From an uncultured Gaiellaceae bacterium (GTDB taxonomy: Bacteria; Actinomycetota; Thermoleophilia; Gaiellales; Gaiellaceae): 64,000 nt of DNA. The stretch lies in the NCBI GenBank assembly GCA_963752405.1, contig CAVVYB010000015.1, forward strand, positions 279,664 through 343,663. Direction: 5' to 3'. The notes under the pieces are model-generated. The model had not been told where the DNA came from, did not search any database, and saw nothing but the letters and a program-made list of their open reading frames with translations. Position numbers and translations under genes: made by a program. Of this stretch, positions 36,863 to 45,645 are shown in pieces (the first letter of the stretch is position 1; each line of letters begins with the position of its first letter).

Positions 36863-37867
36863 ATGCAACGAAGCAAGTTCGTCTGGGCTTCGGTCCTGGT
36901 AGCTGCGGTCGTCACCGCTGTTGCGGGTGCGGCGGCGGCTACCGCAGCCCAGAAGAAGACGGAGGCGGTCACGCTCAACCTGGTGGCGTATTCGACGCCT
37001 CGGCCGGTCCTGACCAAGCTGATCGAAGAGTTCCGCAAGACGCCGGCGGGAGACGACATCAACATCCGGGCGTCCTACGGAGCGTCCTCGGCCCAGGGGC
37101 AGGCCGTTGCCAACGGGCTGCCTGCCGACGGGGTGATCCTGAACACGGGCAACGACATCAACGACCTCGTCGACAAGGGGCTCATCAACAAGAACTGGGA
37201 CAAGCAGAGCTACAACGGGGTCGTCTGGAACTCGGTCGTCGTCTACGGCCTGCGCAGCGGCAACCCGAAGAAGATCAAGGGGTGGAACGACCTGGTCAAG
37301 CCGGGCGTCCAGGCCGTGACTGTGAACCCGTTCACCGGCGGGATCGCCAAGTGGAACATCCTCGCTGCCTATGTCGCGCAGCGGCGGCTCGGGAGGACCG
37401 AGAAGCAAGCGATCGACTACTTGCGGAAGTTCTACAAGAACAACGTCGTCTCTCAGGATTCGTCGGGGTCGAACGCCACGAACACGTTCCTCTCGGGGAA
37501 GGGCGACGTCCTGCTGACGTTCGAGAGCGAGGCGATCAACGGCAAGATCCCGTTCGTCATCCCGCGTCAGACGATGTTGATCGACGTCTACATCGCGGCG
37601 ATCGAGAAGAGTGAGCACAAGGCCGAGTGGAACGCCTTCTCGCGTTTCCTCAAGACCTATCCGGCGCAGAAGATCCTGGCCGAGAACGGGTATCGCCCGG
37701 TCAACAAGCAAGCGCTCACCCAGTTCCGGAGCAAGTTCCCCATCCGCGCCGGCGAGACGAAGATCACGCACAAGCTGCTCGGCGGCTGGCGCGCTGTCGA
37801 CAAGAAGTGGTTCGACCCGAAGAAGAGCATCATGCAGCAGATCATCGGGGCTCCCACTGGCAGCTGA
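36863..37867 (+). CDS. cysP: sulfate/thiosulfate ABC transporter substrate-binding protein
   Basis: Intact. MQRSKFVWASVLVAAVVTAVAGAAAA signal peptide. GNPKKIKGWNDLVKPGVQAVTVNPFTGGIAKWNILAAY and NTFLSGKGDVLLTFESEA parallel Sbp/CysP motifs. Followed by cysT and cysW. Confidence 0.85.
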   Translation: MQRSKFVWASVLVAAVVTAVAGAAAATAAQKKTEAVTLNLVAYSTPRPVLTKLIEEFRKTPAGDDINIRASYGASSAQGQAVANGLPADGVILNTGNDINDLVDKGLINKNWDKQSYNGVVWNSVVVYGLRSGNPKKIKGWNDLVKPGVQAVTVNPFTGGIAKWNILAAYVAQRRLGRTEKQAIDYLRKFYKNNVVSQDSSGSNATNTFLSGKGDVLLTFESEAINGKIPFVIPRQTMLIDVYIAAIEKSEHKAEWNAFSRFLKTYPAQKILAENGYRPVNKQALTQFRSKFPIRAGETKITHKLLGGWRAVDKKWFDPKKSIMQQIIGAPTGS

Positions 37868-37904
37868 GGTTGTCACCGAAGGGCCGCGCCTTCCGGCGCC
37901 TACC

Positions 37905-38732
37905 GTGCACCGCAGGGGGAGAGCCCCGTCGGCTCTCTCCCTGCAAGTGGGGTTCGTCACCAGCTTCCTGCTGATCGTGGTCGTCCTCCCGATCGCGGCC
38001 GTCGTATGGAAGTCGACCGGCAACGGGTGGGCCGGCTTCTGGGACGTTGTCTCCTCCCCGCAGGCCGTCGCGGCGCTGAAGCTGACGATGATCATCTCGA
38101 CCCTTGCCGTGCTCACGACCACCGTGTTCGGGACGGTCATCGCCTGGGTTCTCGTACGCGACTCGTTCCGTGGCAAGAACGTCGTGAACGCGATCATCGA
38201 CCTGCCGTTCGCCCTGCCGACGATCGTTGCCGGTCTCGTGATCATGGCCCTCTACGGTCCACGCACGCCGCTCGACTTCACGATCGGCTCGTTCCACTTC
38301 GACGCCGACGTGACCTTCACACGCGGCGCGATCTACCTCGCCCTGCTGTTCGTCACGCTGCCCTTCATCGTCCGCACGGTGCAGCCCGTGCTCATCGAGC
38401 TCGACACCGAGCTGGAGGAAGCGGCGAAGTCGCTCGGGGCGAGCAACCTCGCGACGTTTCGGCGCATCATCCTGCCGAACATCCTTCCGGGGATCCTGTC
38501 GGGTGTCGCGATGGCCTTCGCGCGGGCGGTCGGCGAGATCGGGGCGATCGTCCTGATCGCCGGCAACCTCCCGTTCAAGACCGAGGTCGCCTCCATCCAT
38601 CTCTTCTACCGGATCGAGCAGGACCCCGAAGGCTCCGCCGCGGTCGCTGTCGTCCTGCTCCTGATCTCGTTCACCGTCCTGCTCGGGATCGGCTCGCTTC
38701 GCTGGTACGTCACGAGGCACGACCATGGGTAG
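37905..38732 (+). CDS. cysT: sulfate ABC transporter permease CysT
   Basis: In the frame of ORF 37611..38732. LKLTMIISTLAVLTTTVFGTVIAWVLVRDSFRGKNVVNAIIDLPFALPTIVAG, ELEEAAKSLGASNLATFRRIILPNILPG (EAA loop). The GTG start at 37905 is inferred. Confidence 0.85.
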   Translation: MHRRGRAPSALSLQVGFVTSFLLIVVVLPIAAVVWKSTGNGWAGFWDVVSSPQAVAALKLTMIISTLAVLTTTVFGTVIAWVLVRDSFRGKNVVNAIIDLPFALPTIVAGLVIMALYGPRTPLDFTIGSFHFDADVTFTRGAIYLALLFVTLPFIVRTVQPVLIELDTELEEAAKSLGASNLATFRRIILPNILPGILSGVAMAFARAVGEIGAIVLIAGNLPFKTEVASIHLFYRIEQDPEGSAAVAVVLLLISFTVLLGIGSLRWYVTRHDHG

Positions 38733-39516
38733 GCTCTCGCTCCGTTTCGTCGCGCTCGGCTACCTGACGCTCATCCTCGTCGGGCCGATTGCCATGATGA
38801 TCTGGCGCACCGCCGAGGACCTCGACGGCGCCTGGGCGGCGATCACGAACCCGGACACCATCGCGGCTTTCAAGCTGACCCTCCTGGTCATGGCGATCGC
38901 CGTGGTCGTGAACACCGTCTTCGGGATCGTCTGCGCGCTCGTGATCGTGCGCGGCAACATTCGCGGCCGGGGCTTCCTCAACGCCTTCGTCGACCTGCCG
39001 CTCTCGCTCTCGCCGGTCGTCGTGGGCTTCTCGCTCGTCGTGCTCTACGGCACCAACGGCTGGTTCTCCTGGTTCCAGAACAACGGCTACGAGATCCTCT
39101 TCGCGACCCCCTCGATCGTGATCGCCACCGTCTTCGTCACGCTTCCTTTCGTCGCGCGCGAGGTCGTGCCGACGCTCCGTGAGATCGGTACCGAGCAGGA
39201 GCAGGCAGCGCAGACGCTCGGCGCCTCTGGCTGGCAGACCTTCTGGCGCATCACCCTCCCGTCGATCCGGTGGGCCGTCGTCTACGGCATCGTGCTCACA
39301 GCGGCTCGTGCCATCGGCGAGTACGGCGCGGTGGCGATCGTCTCCGGCAACATCGTCGGGGAGACGCAGACGGCGACGCTCAAGGTCGAGGATTCGTACC
39401 AGTTTGCGTACGGAAACTACGCCCCCGCGTACGGCATCTCCTTCGTGCTCGCGGCGACGGCGATCCTGATCCTGATCCTCATGATCGTCGTCCAACCCAA
39501 GGAAAGCAGGCTCTGA
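38725..39516 (+). CDS. cysW: sulfate ABC transporter permease CysW
   Basis: Intact 263-aa ORF. VDLPLSLSPVVVGFSLVVLYG, TEQEQAAQTLGASGWQTFWRITLPSIRWA, GEYGAVAIVSGNIVGETQT. Confidence 0.9.
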   Translation: MGRLSLRFVALGYLTLILVGPIAMMIWRTAEDLDGAWAAITNPDTIAAFKLTLLVMAIAVVVNTVFGIVCALVIVRGNIRGRGFLNAFVDLPLSLSPVVVGFSLVVLYGTNGWFSWFQNNGYEILFATPSIVIATVFVTLPFVAREVVPTLREIGTEQEQAAQTLGASGWQTFWRITLPSIRWAVVYGIVLTAARAIGEYGAVAIVSGNIVGETQTATLKVEDSYQFAYGNYAPAYGISFVLAATAILILILMIVVQPKESRL

Positions 39517-39614
39517 TGTCGCTCTCGGCCGAGCGGCAGCGGCAAGTCCACGCTGCTGCGGATCGTGGCCGGGCTGTCACCGGCCGTAGCGTCGCCGCAG
39601 GTCAGCTAGATTGA
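39516..39614 (+). pseudogene. cysA: remnant of a cysA ATPase gene (start codon joined to a short Walker-A segment, then stop)
   Basis: The same cysW-stop/ATGTCG junction is seen again at 41305-41313. In one frame the next ~60 nt read [16 protein letters not shown], as in cysA at 41345. About 130 nt of cysA 5' sequence and everything after the Walker A are missing. The fragment ends at a TAG at 39612-39614. Confidence 0.6.
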
Positions 39615-39649
39615 CGGTTCCTTATGCCTTCAATTAGCTTTCCCTATTC

Positions 39650-40511
39650 ATGAGTTCGGCTGCGGTCGCATCGTCCAGACCGGTTCGGATGCAGGGAGAG
39701 AGGGCCTCGAACGCCCTCACTCTCGGCCTGACGACGACCTATCTGACGCTGATCGTCGCCCTGCCGATCGCGGCGCTCATCTTCGAAGTCGACGAACGCG
39801 GGTGGGCGCGGTCGTTCTGGGAGGTCGTCTCGAGCCCGGAGGCGGTCGCGGCGCTGAAGCTGACCCTGCTCACCTCGATCGCGGTCGCCGTGATCATGAA
39901 CGCCGTCCTCGGGACGATGACGGCCTGGGTGCTCGTTCGAGACTCGTTCCGGGGCAAGGCGTCGTGAACGCCGTGATCGACCTTCCATTCGCGCTGCCGA
40001 CGATCGTCGCCGGCTATGATGCTGGCCCTGTACGGCCCGCACGCAGGTCGACTACAAGATGGCTAGTGGGATATCGACGTCGACGTCGCCTTCACGACCA
40101 CGGCGATCGTCCTGGCGATGCTCTTCGTCACGCTGCCGTTCGTCGTGCGCACGGTGCAGCCCGTGCTGCTCGAGCTGGATCAGAGAGATGGAGCAGGCCG
40201 CGAAGTCGCTCGGCGCACCGAGTTCGCAGACGTTCAGGCGAGTCATCCTCCCGAACATCCTGCCGGGAGTCCTCTCCGGCGTCGCTCTCGCGTTCGCGAA
40301 GGCGGTGGGCGAGTTCGGCTCGCTCGTGATCATCACCGGGAACCTGCCCGTACAAGACCCAGTTTCGTCGGTCTTCATCTTCAGCCGGATCGAGCGGTGA
40401 CAGGGCGGGCGCCGCAGCCGTCGCTGTCGTGCTGCTCATGATCTCCTTCGTGCTGCTGCTGGCGATCGGCTGCGATCCGCCACTACGACGACGAGGCACG
40501 ATCGTGGCTAG
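39650..40511 (+). pseudogene. cysT: second cysT paralog with at least seven frame disruptions (pseudogene or locally very poor consensus)
   Basis: Fragments 39650..39967 (LKLTLLTSIAVAVIMNAVLGTMTAWVLVRDSFRGK), 39802.. (VVNAVIDLPFALPTIVAG), 40118.. (MLFVTLPFVVRTVQPVLLELD) and 40059..40400 (EMEQAAKSLGAPSSQTFRRVILPNILPGVLSG...LVIITGNLP). The tail TRHDRG* ends at the TAG at 40509-40511. Collinear with cysT but diverged at the nucleotide level. Confidence 0.55.
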
Positions 40512-41307
40512 GCTCTCGCGTCCGGTTCGTCGGCGCTCGCCTACCTCACGCTCGATCCTGCTCGGGCCGATCGTCGATCGATCTTCTACCGGACGTTCGA
40601 GAACGGGTTCGATGCCGCTTGGGCGGCGCTCCGGCCCGGAGACGATCAACGGCCTTCAAGCTGACGCTGATCATCACGGCGATCGCCGTGCCCGCGAACA
40701 CGGTCTTCGGCATCGCCTGCGCGCTGTCGATCGTCCGAGGCAACGTTCCCGGCAAGGGGATCGTGAACGCCTTCGTCGATCTGCCGCTCGCGCTCTCGCC
40801 GGTCGTCGTCGGGCTCTCGCTCGTCCTGCTCTACGGGAACGACGGCTGGTTCGGCGGTTGGCTTAACGAACACGGCGTCGAGGTGCTCTTCGCGCTCCCG
40901 TCGATGGTGATCGCGACGATCTTCGTCTCGCTGCCGTTTGTCGCGCGCGAGGTCGTGCCGACGCTGCGCGAGATCGGCGACGAGCAGGAGCAGGCGGCGC
41001 GCACGCTCGGCGCCTCGTCCTGGCAGACGTTTCGCCGCATCACGCTCCCCGCGATCCGCTGGGCCGTCGTCTACGGCGATCTCCTCACGACCGCGCGCTG
41101 CCTCGGCGAGTACGGCGCCGTCGCCATCGTCTCCGGCAACATCGTCGGGCGAGACGGAGACCGCGACGCTGCAAGGTCGAGGATGCGTACCAGTTTGCGT
41201 ACGGCAACTACGCCCCCGCGTACGGCATCTCCTTCGTGCTCGCGGCGACGGCGATCCTGATCCTGGTCCTGATGATCGTGGTCCAACCGAAAGAGAGCAA
41301 GCACTGA
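40504..41307 (+). pseudogene. cysW: second cysW paralog; about six lesions in the first 170 nt and two near 41150 (pseudogene or locally poor consensus)
   Basis: GTG GCT AGG CTC TCG parallels the cysW start. ORF 40619..41260 carries FKLTLIITAIAVPANTVFGIACALSIVRGNVPGKGIVNAFVDLPLALSPVVVGLSLVLLYG...DEQEQAARTLGASSWQTFRRITLPAIRWA...GEYGAVAIVSGNIVG. The last ~110 nt are nearly identical to the 3' end of cysW. Stop TGA at 41305-41307. Confidence 0.6.
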
Positions 41308-41344
41308 TGTCGATGACCGTGATCCGACCCAAGGAGGCTGTCTA

Positions 41345-42313
41345 GTGTCCATCGTCGTCAACGGCGTCTCGAAGCGCTTCAACGGCTTCACCGCGCTCGA
41401 GGACGTCTCGCTCGAAGTCGAGACGGGCTCCCTGACTGCGCTCCTCGGCCCCAGCGGTAGCGGCAAGTCGACGTTGCTACGCGTGATCGCCGGGCTCGAG
41501 CAGCCGGACGAAGGCGAGATCGTGATCTTCGGCGACGACGCGACAGGGGTCGCGCCGCAGAAGCGCGGCGTCGGGTTCGTCTTCCAGCACTACGCGGCGT
41601 TCAAGCACATGACCGTCTACGACAACATCGCGTTCGGCCTGACGATCCGGAAGCGGCCGAAGGCCGAGATCGCAGCCCGCGTCTCCGAGCTGCTCGAGCT
41701 CGTCCAGCTGCAGCCGTTCGCGCGCCGCTACCCGGCCCAGCTCTCCGGCGGCCAGAGGCAGCGCATGGCGCTGGCCCGCGCGCTCGCGGTCGAGCCGAAG
41801 GTGCTGCTGCTCGACGAGCCGTTCGGCGCCCTCGACGCGCGCGTGCGCGCCGAGCTGCGCGAGTGGCTGCGCCGACTGCACGAGGAGGTGCACGTCACGA
41901 CGGTCTTCGTCACGCACGACCAGGAGGAGGCGATGGAGGTCGCCGACCGCATCGCCGTCATGAACAAGGGCAGGATCGAGCAGGTGGGCGGGCCGCGCGA
42001 CCTCTACGAGCACCCCGAGACCGAGTTCGTGATGAGCTTCATCGGGCCCGTCAACCGCGTCGGCGACACCTGGGTGCGCCCACACGACCTCGACCTCCGG
42101 TCCGAGCCTTCCGACGGCGCGGACGAGGCGATGATCGACCGCATCGTCCACCTCGGCTTCGAGGTGAGGGTCGAGCTGACACGCGACGACGGCGAGAAGC
42201 TCTGGGCGCAGGTGACGAGAGAGCGCTGCGAGGAGCTCGAGCTCGGAGAAGGCCAGATCGTCTACCTCCGCCCGAGGCACGAGCGGGTCTTCAGCGAGAC
42301 GTTGAGCCTCTAG
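41345..42313 (+). CDS. cysA: sulfate ABC transporter ATP-binding protein CysA
   Basis: Intact 322-aa ORF, with an AAGGAGG Shine-Dalgarno sequence upstream of the [61 protein letters not shown], and a CysA-type C-terminal regulatory domain. Confidence 0.92.
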   Translation: MSIVVNGVSKRFNGFTALEDVSLEVETGSLTALLGPSGSGKSTLLRVIAGLEQPDEGEIVIFGDDATGVAPQKRGVGFVFQHYAAFKHMTVYDNIAFGLTIRKRPKAEIAARVSELLELVQLQPFARRYPAQLSGGQRQRMALARALAVEPKVLLLDEPFGALDARVRAELREWLRRLHEEVHVTTVFVTHDQEEAMEVADRIAVMNKGRIEQVGGPRDLYEHPETEFVMSFIGPVNRVGDTWVRPHDLDLRSEPSDGADEAMIDRIVHLGFEVRVELTRDDGEKLWAQVTRERCEELELGEGQIVYLRPRHERVFSETLSL

Positions 42314-42713
42314 ACCTCTCGACGAGATCCGCGAGCGAGGTCTCCTCGAGCACCCCGCGCATGCTCGCGCGCAGCTCGATCCAGACGTCCTGGAGCGCTG
42401 TCGCCGCGCCTGTGTAGGTCACGTCCTCCGGCCGGCTTCCACGGACGCTGGCGATGGGGCCTTCGACCGCACGGACGACGTCGGCGAGGCTGATCTCCGC
42501 CGCGGGCCGGCCCAGCCAGTAGCCGCCGTCGGCACCGCGCCGGCTGGCGACGAGCTCCGAGCGCCGGAGCTCGAGCAGGATGTTCTCGAGGAAGTTGAGC
42601 GGGATCTCCTGCGCGCTCGCGAGCTGCTCGCCCTTCACCGGCTGCCCCGGCTCCGCCGCGGCGAGCTCCGCAAGCGCGCGGAGCGCGTAGTCCACCTTCG
42701 CCGAGACCCGCAT
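42291..42713 (-). CDS. Rrf2-family transcriptional regulator (IscR/CymR-like)
   Basis: Intact 140-aa [22 protein letters not shown]...[58 protein letters not shown]. The 3' end overlaps cysA by 23 nt. Confidence 0.85.
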   Translation of the reverse strand: MRVSAKVDYALRALAELAAAEPGQPVKGEQLASAQEIPLNFLENILLELRRSELVASRRGADGGYWLGRPAAEISLADVVRAVEGPIASVRGSRPEDVTYTGAATALQDVWIELRASMRGVLEETSLADLVERSRGSTSR

Positions 42714-42731
42714 GCGCTGATTCTCTACGTC

Positions 42732-43679
42732 TCAGGCGGGTGCCTCGGCGAGCCAGGCGGTGCAGATCGAGGTGACGTGCCGGTGATCGGTGCCGCAGCA
42801 GCCGCCCAGGACGTTCACGCGCGGCAGCCTGTTTACGCAGAGCAGCGTGCCGCTCGCCCAGGTCGGCCGGGATCGCCGGCGTCGAGCTCGGTCGCCTCGT
42901 CGAGCTCGGCGTGGCTCTTCGTGGAGGCGTTCGTGCGGAGACCGCCGATTCGCTCGATCCACGGCGCCCCCTGCTCGAGCGCGTCCTCGAAATGCGTCGG
43001 GTGAGCGCAGTTGATCATGTAGTACGCCGGGGCCGAGCTCGTCTCCTCGTCCACCTGCTGGATGGCCTCGCCGAGCGCCTGCCCGTTCGGAAGCCTTCCG
43101 TCCGTCTCGACCGTGAACGAGATCACGACCGGCAGCCCGTTCTCGACGGCGGCGCGGGTGACCCCGATCGCCTCCTCGGCGTACGTCATCGTGAGCACCG
43201 TGACCATGTCGGCCGCGGTGTCGGCGAAGGTCGCGATCTGCGTCGAGTGGTAGCGCTGCGCCTCGTCGGGGGTGAGCGTCGTCTCCGGGCTGTAGCCGTC
43301 GCTCTGCGGCCCGATGTTGCCGCTGATCACGATCGGGTGGCTCGGACGCGTACTCCTCTCGGATCTCCTCCATCAGCGCGATCGCCTTGCGGTTGAACGA
43401 GTCGAGCTCGTCGAGCGAATAGCCGATCTCCGCGGCCCAGTCCGGGTTCGCTCGCCACGTCGGGCTGTCGAGGATGAGGCCGACGCCGCGTTCGCGGGCG
43501 AGGATCGCGTAGGGCTCGTAGTAGCGCCGGAGCTGCTCGGTGCCCTCGTCGTCCTTCAGCAGCGGGAATGCGGCGAAGGCGGGCAGCTCGAGGCCGCGGT
43601 GGAAGATGAGCGTCGTCTCGAGGCCGCCGTCGGTGATGAAGAGGCCGCCGTCGAGCTGCGGTAGCTGTGCGCGATACAC
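42732..43679 (-). CDS. homocysteine S-methyltransferase family protein (two frameshifts)
   Basis: LFITDGGLETTLIFHRGLELPAFAAF...LDSPTWRANPDW (ORF 42732..43679 N-terminal part), then 42833..43330 (ISGNIGPQSDGY...VISFTVETDGRLPNGQALGEAIQQV...MINCAHPTHF), then the C-terminal zinc site NVLGGCCGTDHRHV. Confidence 0.8.
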   Translation of the reverse strand: MYRAQLPQLDGGLFITDGGLETTLIFHRGLELPAFAAFPLLKDDEGTEQLRRYYEPYAILARERGVGLILDSPTWRANPDWAAEIGYSLDELDSFNRKAIALMEEIREEYASEPPDRDQRQHRAAERRLQPGDDAHPRRGAALPLDADRDLRRHRGRHGHGAHDDVRRGGDRGHPRRRRERAAGRDLVHGRDGRKASERAGARRGHPAGGRGDELGPGVLHDQLRSPDAFRGRARAGGAVDRANRRSPHERLHEEPRRARRGDRARRRRSRPTWASGTLLCVNRLPRVNVLGGCCGTDHRHVTSICTAWLAEAPA

Positions 43680-43680
43680 G

Positions 43681-44884
43681 TTACGACGCTAGCACCTCGC
43701 TGAGCCGCCGCTCGAGGAAGGTCCGATCGGCGGCGTTCATCTCGAGCGACAGCGCTTCGCGGTAGGCGTCTGCCGCTTCGGGGCGCCGGTCGAGCCGGCG
43801 CAGGAAGTCCGCACGCGCGGCGTGCAGCAGGTGGTACTCCGGCAGGTCGATCCGCTCCACGAGCTCGAGCCCGAACTCCGGCCCGTGGGCCATGGCGACG
43901 GCCACTGCGCGGTTCAGCTCGACGATCGGCGTCGGCTCGAGCCTGGCGAGCTCGTCGTAGAGCGCAGCGATCTGCGGCCAGTCCGTCTCGCCCTCCTCGA
44001 CGTGCAGCGCTGCGATTGCGGCCTGCAGCTGGTAGCTCCCCGGTCGGCGGTGGGAGAGGGCGCGCTCGAGCACGCGGGTGCCTTCGGCGATGCGGTCGGG
44101 GCTCCAGCGAGAGCGGTCCTGATCCTGGAGCAGGACGATCGAGCCGTCGGGTGCGGTGCGCGCCTCGCGTCTGGCGTCGTGCAGCAGCATCAGCGAGAGC
44201 AGGCCGAGCGCCTCGGGCTCGTCCGGCATCAGCACCGCGAGGAGCTTCCCGAGCCGGATCGCCTCGTCGCAGAGCGATGCGCGCACGGGCTCCTCGCCCC
44301 CGGTCGCGGAATAGCCCTCGTTGAAGACGAGGTAGAGCACGGCGAGCACCGAGCGAAGGCGCTCGGGTAGCACGTGATCCGGTGGCACCCGGAAGGGGAT
44401 GCCGGCGTCGCGGACCTTGCGCTTCGCGCGCACCAGCCGTTGCGCCATCGCCGGCTCGGCGACGAGGAACGCCCTCGCGATCTCCGTCGTCGTCAAGCCC
44501 GCGACCTCGCGCAGAGTCAGCGCCACCCGCGCCTCGGCTCCGAGCGCGGGGTGGCAGCACGTGAAGACGAGCGCGAGCCGGTCGTCGGGGATCGAGCTCA
44601 CGTCGTCCTCCTCGGCCGGGAGCGACTCCAGGCGCGCGAGCAGCTCGGCCTTGCGCGCGAACGTCTGCTCACGGCGGAGCCGGTCGATCGCCCGGTTCCG
44701 AGCGGTGGTGATGATCCAGGCGCCCGGGTTCGCCGGCGTTCCGTCACGGGGCCAGCGCTCGATGCGCGATCGTGAATGCGTCCTGCACCGCGTCCTCGGC
44801 GCGGTCGAGATCGCCGAGGACGCGGGTGAGTATGGCGACGGCACGGCCCCATTCCTCCTTGAAGACCGCACCAATTTCCGTCAA
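43681..44884 (-). CDS. ECF sigma factor with long C-terminal TPR-like extension (ECF42-like; one frameshift near 44765)
   Basis: The TTG at 44884 overlaps the stop of the upstream DGPF gene (TTGA). [30 protein letters not shown] (region 2, in the frame of ORF 44744..), then ORF 43681..44874: [58 protein letters not shown] (region 4). About 220 aa of helical repeats follow ([26 protein letters not shown]). Confidence 0.8.
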
Positions 44885-45222
44885 TGCTCGATCACGGGCC
44901 TCAGCTCGACGGACGCGCGGAAGACGACCGGGATCCGGGCCGCGATCGAGATCGCCTCGTCGAGGTCCTCGGCGTCGAGAACCATGACACCGCCGATCTG
45001 CTCCTTCGTCTCGGCGAAAGGCCCGTCGGTGACGATCGTCTCGCCGTCGCGAACACGCACGGTCTTCGCAGTGTTCGGAGCCTCGAGCTCCGCGCCGAAC
45101 CCGAGCTTGCCGGTCGGGCCGAGCTCGTTGAAGAGCGCCTCCCACTTCGGGACCTCCTCTGCTCGCGCGGTCGCCGCCTCCTCGGGGCTCATCTTCTCCC
45201 AGGTGGCGATGTCGTCGTGCAT
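44881..45222 (-). CDS. YCII-related / DGPF-domain protein
   Basis: Intact 113-aa ORF. TVRVRDGETIVTDGPFAETKEQIGGVMVLDAEDLDEAISIAARIP carries the DGPF motif. Confidence 0.75.
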   Translation of the reverse strand: MHDDIATWEKMSPEEAATARAEEVPKWEALFNELGPTGKLGFGAELEAPNTAKTVRVRDGETIVTDGPFAETKEQIGGVMVLDAEDLDEAISIAARIPVVFRASVELRPVIEH

Positions 45223-45246
45223 TGCTCGTGAGGATGGCTGCGTACT

Positions 45247-45597
45247 TCACGCTGCCTCACCTCCGTCGACGTGGACCGGTCGCACCTCGATCGCGCCGTG
45301 CCTGGCAGCCGGGATCTTCGCCGCCCACGTGCACGCCTCGTCGATCGAGTCGCACTCGAAGACGTAGTAGCCGCCGAGGACTTCCTTCGACTCGACGAAC
45401 GGGCCGTCGGTGACGAGCGTCTCGTCGTTGCGGACGCGGACGGTGGTCGCGGTGGCCACCGAGTCGAGCTCGTTGCCGCCCCTGGTCACGTCTGCTTCGG
45501 AGAGGGCCATGTACTCGCCCATCTCGCGCTCCCGGTCCTCCGACGACAGGTTCTCCCAGCGAGCCTCGTCGCCGTAGATCAGTGCCAGATACTGCAT
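45247..45597 (-). CDS. YCII-related / DGPF-domain protein (paralog)
   Basis: Intact 116-aa ORF. MQYLALIYGDE...TVRVRNDETLVTDGPFVESKEVLGGYYVFECDSIDEACTWAAKIP. Confidence 0.75.
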   Translation of the reverse strand: MQYLALIYGDEARWENLSSEDREREMGEYMALSEADVTRGGNELDSVATATTVRVRNDETLVTDGPFVESKEVLGGYYVFECDSIDEACTWAAKIPAARHGAIEVRPVHVDGGEAA

Positions 45598-45645
45598 CCG
45601 TTCCTCCTCTCGAACGTCGATTTCACCATGTAGACGAACCGGGCG

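Noticed and set aside
36757-39626. A shared TTGACG...CTTATG motif upstream of cysP (36757..36779) and of the second cysT (39611..39626), considered as a common promoter or operator.
   Set aside because: The spacing between the two hexamers differs (11 nt versus 4 nt). Neither has a convincing -10 element at 16-18 nt. Two short hexamers in AT-rich patches can easily co-occur by chance, so I kept this only as a weak note.
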